In this document: in pieces, positions 59,533 through 64,000 of the stretch | Layout of the letters: each line of letters starts with the position of its first letter | How positions within the stretch are numbered: the first letter of the stretch is position 1 | DNA from: Chrysomallon squamiferum | Lineage: Eukaryota; Animalia; Mollusca | Reading direction: 5' to 3' | DNA length: 64,000 nt | NCBI GenBank assembly: GCA_012295275.1 | Contig: CM022667.1 | Coordinates: forward strand, 17,174,001 to 17,238,000 | Program-made: the position numbers and the translations under genes | The notes under the pieces: generated by a model | What the model was told of the DNA's origin: nothing | Databases searched by the model: none | What the model saw: the letters and a program-made list of their open reading frames with translations, nothing else

Positions 59533-59954
59533 GAGAAATAGCAATATGCAAGAAGAAACAATGGAAAACAGGTAAGAATTATAAATCACACATTTTTTTC
59601 AATTTACTTTTTATTCGCTCTCTGTTTTTCTACACTGTATCAAGTACACATATTTACAAAATTCAGGCAACAATTAAAAATGAATGGGTTATGTTCTGCT
59701 TTGTGAAATGTATTTACACTCAGGCGGTTCAGTAATTTCCTCATTATCATAATGTACTGGATTTGTTTCTTACTGATGACCGCCACCAAGCACGTGTTGC
59801 AACCATTTCGCAAAGCTGTCGACAACAAAAGCAAAAGGATACTTAAATAGATTTTTCTTCTTTTTTAGTTATATATTTATTTGTTTCTTCACCTCTTTAA
59901 AAACATATTTATTTTACTTTCTTGTTATTTGTTTGTTACTTGGTTTCTTTGTGT

Positions 59955-60036
<82 letters not shown>

Positions 60037-60502
60037 CATTTTTTATTATTATTATTATTATTATTTTTTTTTCGTTTTTTTTTTTTTTTTTTTATGTTAA
60101 CTGTGTGGTTTTTTGTACCTATTTATTATTTTTTTTTTTTTTTAATGTTTTATTTATTTATTTATTTATTATTATTATTATCAATTTTGTTTTATTACAT
60201 TTTATGTCTTTCTTTCGTTTTCCTGTTTTCTTTGCATAGCTACATATTTATATATTAGTAATTGAAATATTGTTTATTTTTACGGTTTATTTGTAAACTG
60301 TTATTCATTCATTCATTCATTCATTGAACCTTATTTATTTGATTATTTAATTTAATTTTTATTGGATCCTTGTGACTGCTAATGACACTACTACATCAAC
60401 AACAGCAACAACAATAGCAACCACTACAACTACTATGACAACTCTCCTTATTAACATTATCTGCATAGCAATTATATTTCAGCCTTTAGAAATATTTGAT
60501 TT

Positions 60503-60541
<39 letters not shown>

Positions 60542-61339
60542 GTAAGAAGAAGAAGAAATTTTATTAACTGAATTTCACTCACCGTATGTAGCATTCTTCT
60601 GTCAAAGACGTGACGTCATATAACAATAAGTGTAACGTCAAAGCTTTGTTGACGTCACACGAATTTCACTTCAGTTATCAACGAAAATATAAATAAATAA
60701 AATAGCCTCAAAATTATCGGTTAATTTGTAAATTTTAATCAAGTTATCTAATTAAAAAGAAGAACAAAAATTAATTAATTAACCATCCATCTCTAACCCT
60801 CGTTCCGTACAGTGTACAATCACAGCCACCTTCTAACCCGGCTGTAAATACGATCCGCAGTGAAATGACATGTTTACATACCCGCACGGATACCCGGCAG
60901 TCTTTACAGACGGGGTAGTTTTTCCCCTCTTTCATTCATCGCTACCCACGTACAATCGCCCTGCCAGCTCAATGCACGCCTCTCTTGTACCATTTCGTCA
61001 AGAAAATTACATTTCTTTGAAGCAATCAAAGTGTTTATTGTTAGCGCCGAAAGCCCGCGGGACCACGCATACTGAATATTGGTTTACGACTGAACACAAC
61101 ACTTACACACACTGATCAAACGTAGCCCTTCTTTACCAACAGAGGGAGCTCTTTTTCTTCTTTTTCTTTTTCTTGTCTTCTTTTTTTTTTTTTTTCCCCC
61201 CAACTTATACACTGATTTTACGTAGTCCTGCTTTGACTGTGTTGTGTGAGTTTTATTCTTGTTGTTAGTTTACTAATTTTTGTTTTGTTTTACTTCTCTG
61301 TATTCATTATTATTACAGTTGTTGTTGTTGTTATTGCTA

Positions 61340-61490
61340 TTGTTATTGTTATTGTTATTATTGTTGTTGTAGTTGTGATTATTGCTTTAGTTATAATCGT
61401 TATTGTTGTTGTTGTTATTGTTATTGTTATTGTTGTAGTTGTGATTATTGCTTTAGTTATAATCGTTATTGTTGTTGTTGTTGTTGTTAT
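61340..61490 (+). repeat. 66-bp tandem duplication within a (GTT/ATT)n tract
   Basis: GTAGTTGTGATTATTGCTTTAGTTATAATCGTTATTGTTGTT at 61369 and 61435. Confidence 0.85.
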
Positions 61491-61824
61491 TATTATTATT
61501 ATTATTATTAAGTCGATTTTGAATGATTTTTGAAATATTAGCAGAATACTTAGCTTCAAAATCAACTGCAAAGTTTATAAAAATTAAAAAAAAAAACATG
61601 CGTATTTGTTTTATTTATTTCGGTTTACATGCGGCAGTATTAGAATCAAATTTGTAACTCTTACAAAACTAAATAGCTTTTCTTTTTTAATTCATGTTCC
61701 CTGTATTACTTAATGAATGAATGAATAAGTTTTATTTATTTATTTATTTTTGCAAAAAACAACAAATTATAATAATAACAGTTATTTAAAAAATAAATGT
61801 AGAAAATACAAATAAATAAATAAA

Positions 61825-61912
61825 TAAATAAATAAATGGATAAATAGATAAATAAATAAATGGATAAATAGATAAATAAATAAATGGATAAATAGATAAA
61901 TAAATAAATGGA
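61825..61912 (+). repeat. 24-bp higher-order repeat built from (TAAA)n
   Basis: TGGA recurs at 61837, 61861, 61885 and 61909 in the unit TGGATAAATAGATAAATAAATAAA. Confidence 0.85.
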
Positions 61913-63034
61913 AAATTAAATAAATAAATAAATAATAAATTAATAAATTAATAACAGCAATAATAATAACAAACTATTCTCAGTTACCGATAGGTTTATT
62001 AAACGGTTCTTTTTCTTTCCCCAGTTTTTTTTTCTCTCTCTTTTTTATTGCTGTGACTCCTGTGTTTGTATGACTTTGACAATTGCTTCAACTTGTATTA
62101 GCTATGAATCGTGTTTTCTTTGATAATACTCTGTGTTTTCCAAGCACCGGTTCCGTTTCGCCCCTTCACGCGTTTTCGTGTATTTTCACAATTTGTTTCA
62201 GCTATCTTTTTTTATTGATCATAAACGCAAAAATGTGTTCATAGCGTAAATGATATGCAGGTTATAAGTATGTTTCTTTTGTCCTCCCCCTCCCCCTCCC
62301 GCCCCTGTCTCGTTGGTTCTAACACCTGAGACGAGGTAGAAAAACAGGGTCTAATTCTGAGTCGCGTTCGGAATTTCCTAGTTCGGGACTTTCCGTCATA
62401 TTTTATACGTTTTTGTTTATGATTTATGATTTTATTTTGTTTTTGTTTTTATATGTATGTTATGGTTTGATTTAGGATTTTTCCTTTGTGTATTGGCTTG
62501 TTTATGTTTGTATTTATTATTTTATTTCATTTTATTTTAATTATAACAAATGAATTTATTATTATTATTTTTTAAATTACTTATTTTAGTTCATTTTATT
62601 TCACATTATTTTATTTATTTACTTATTTATTTATTTATTCAGTTAGTTAGTTAATTGGTTATTTTATTTGATTTGATTTAATTTTATTTATTTATTCAGT
62701 TAGTTAGTTAGTAAGTTAATTAGTTATTTTATTTGATTTGATTTCATTTATTTATTTATCTGATATTAAGATTTTTAAATTACTTATTTAATTTTGTATA
62801 TTATTTTATTTGGTTTTATTTAATAGCTATTTTAATTTAATTTTATTCATATAATTATTTAAAGCTTATTCATTTAATTTTTAAATTTCTGTTCTCTGTT
62901 TTTGCTTCATATTAACAGCTTTTTTATTAACATTATTCCCATTTTTAAAATTGTTGTTGTTGTTATCATTATTATTATTGTTATTATCATTATTATTAAA
63001 AATATGTTATGTTTTAAACAGTTTGTTATTGTTG

Positions 63035-63099
<65 letters not shown>

Positions 63100-63237
63100 T
63101 TTTTATTTTTATTTTTATTTTAATTTTTAAAAAATTTTATCTTCACAAAAATTATATATTTTTGTATTTCTTTAAATATTTTTTGGCAAATGTTAACTCT
63201 GAATTATTTTCATATAGACAATAATATCAAGAAATTC

Positions 63238-63294
<57 letters not shown>

Positions 63295-63505
63295 TTAATT
63301 CTTTGTTTTATAAATCTATTTCAAATTTTTAAATTTTTATTATATACTAAAATAAAATGATAACTATAGAAATATTTTATATAAATAATTATATAAATAA
63401 ATAATTAAATCTGCCTAAAATTTTAAAGCTGAAAGTATACTACTAATAATAATAATAATAATAAAAACAACTATAATCGTAATAATAGTAATAATAATAA
63501 TAGTT

Positions 63506-63553
<48 letters not shown>

Positions 63554-64000
63554 ATTGTAATAATGATGATGATAAATAACAGAAACATATAAACATACAA
63601 ACAAACAAACAAACAAACAAACTAACAAATAAGTAACCAGAAAATGTATGTAAAAATGAACAGTATAAAGAACCATGAAAAAAAAAAGAAGAAAGTAAAT
63701 AAACTTAAATATGCAAAACATTATAAATCTGTTGAGAGAAATTTCCAGAGAAATAAATCATGGAATATAAAAAATTCTTAACACATAAAGCGTACACAAA
63801 TCAAGCATCAAACAGCGACTGAAGACCGATACAGGAATAACTAACACACTTTCACACAGACCCTTCATTGTACGCATTAACAAATATCACAGAACAATCT
63901 GTAGCTACACTCACATTTATACGTCTATTAAACACACAGATACAACACTAGAACCAGCATTAATATTTATGCCATCAGAACAGATTATCTATATTATGTT

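Overview
Very AT-rich, microsatellite-saturated animal genomic DNA; the style suggests an invertebrate bilaterian, possibly a mollusc (inference only). I can support two genes. One is an intronless FoxC forkhead transcription factor on the minus strand (probable ATG 57069, stop ending at 55597, 490 aa). The other is an intact tRNA-Thr(UGU) on the minus strand (4716-4788). The other ORFs in the track are translations of simple repeats, antisense or alternative frames of FoxC, or short unrecognisable frames. The ~55 kb downstream of FoxC is a gene desert in which about 30-35 short, complex, CpG-retaining islands alternate with simple-repeat spacers, as expected of a developmental cis-regulatory landscape. 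The most notable observations are a strong excess of TGACGTCA (CRE) palindromes clustered at island edges, a CTCF-like/CCAAT/E-box island beside the lone tRNA, two orphan promoter-like islands, and an out-of-frame upstream ATG whose ORF overlaps the FoxC start. I found no transposase, CRISPR array or clearly new protein-coding system. All regulatory calls come from reading motifs by eye and need testing.
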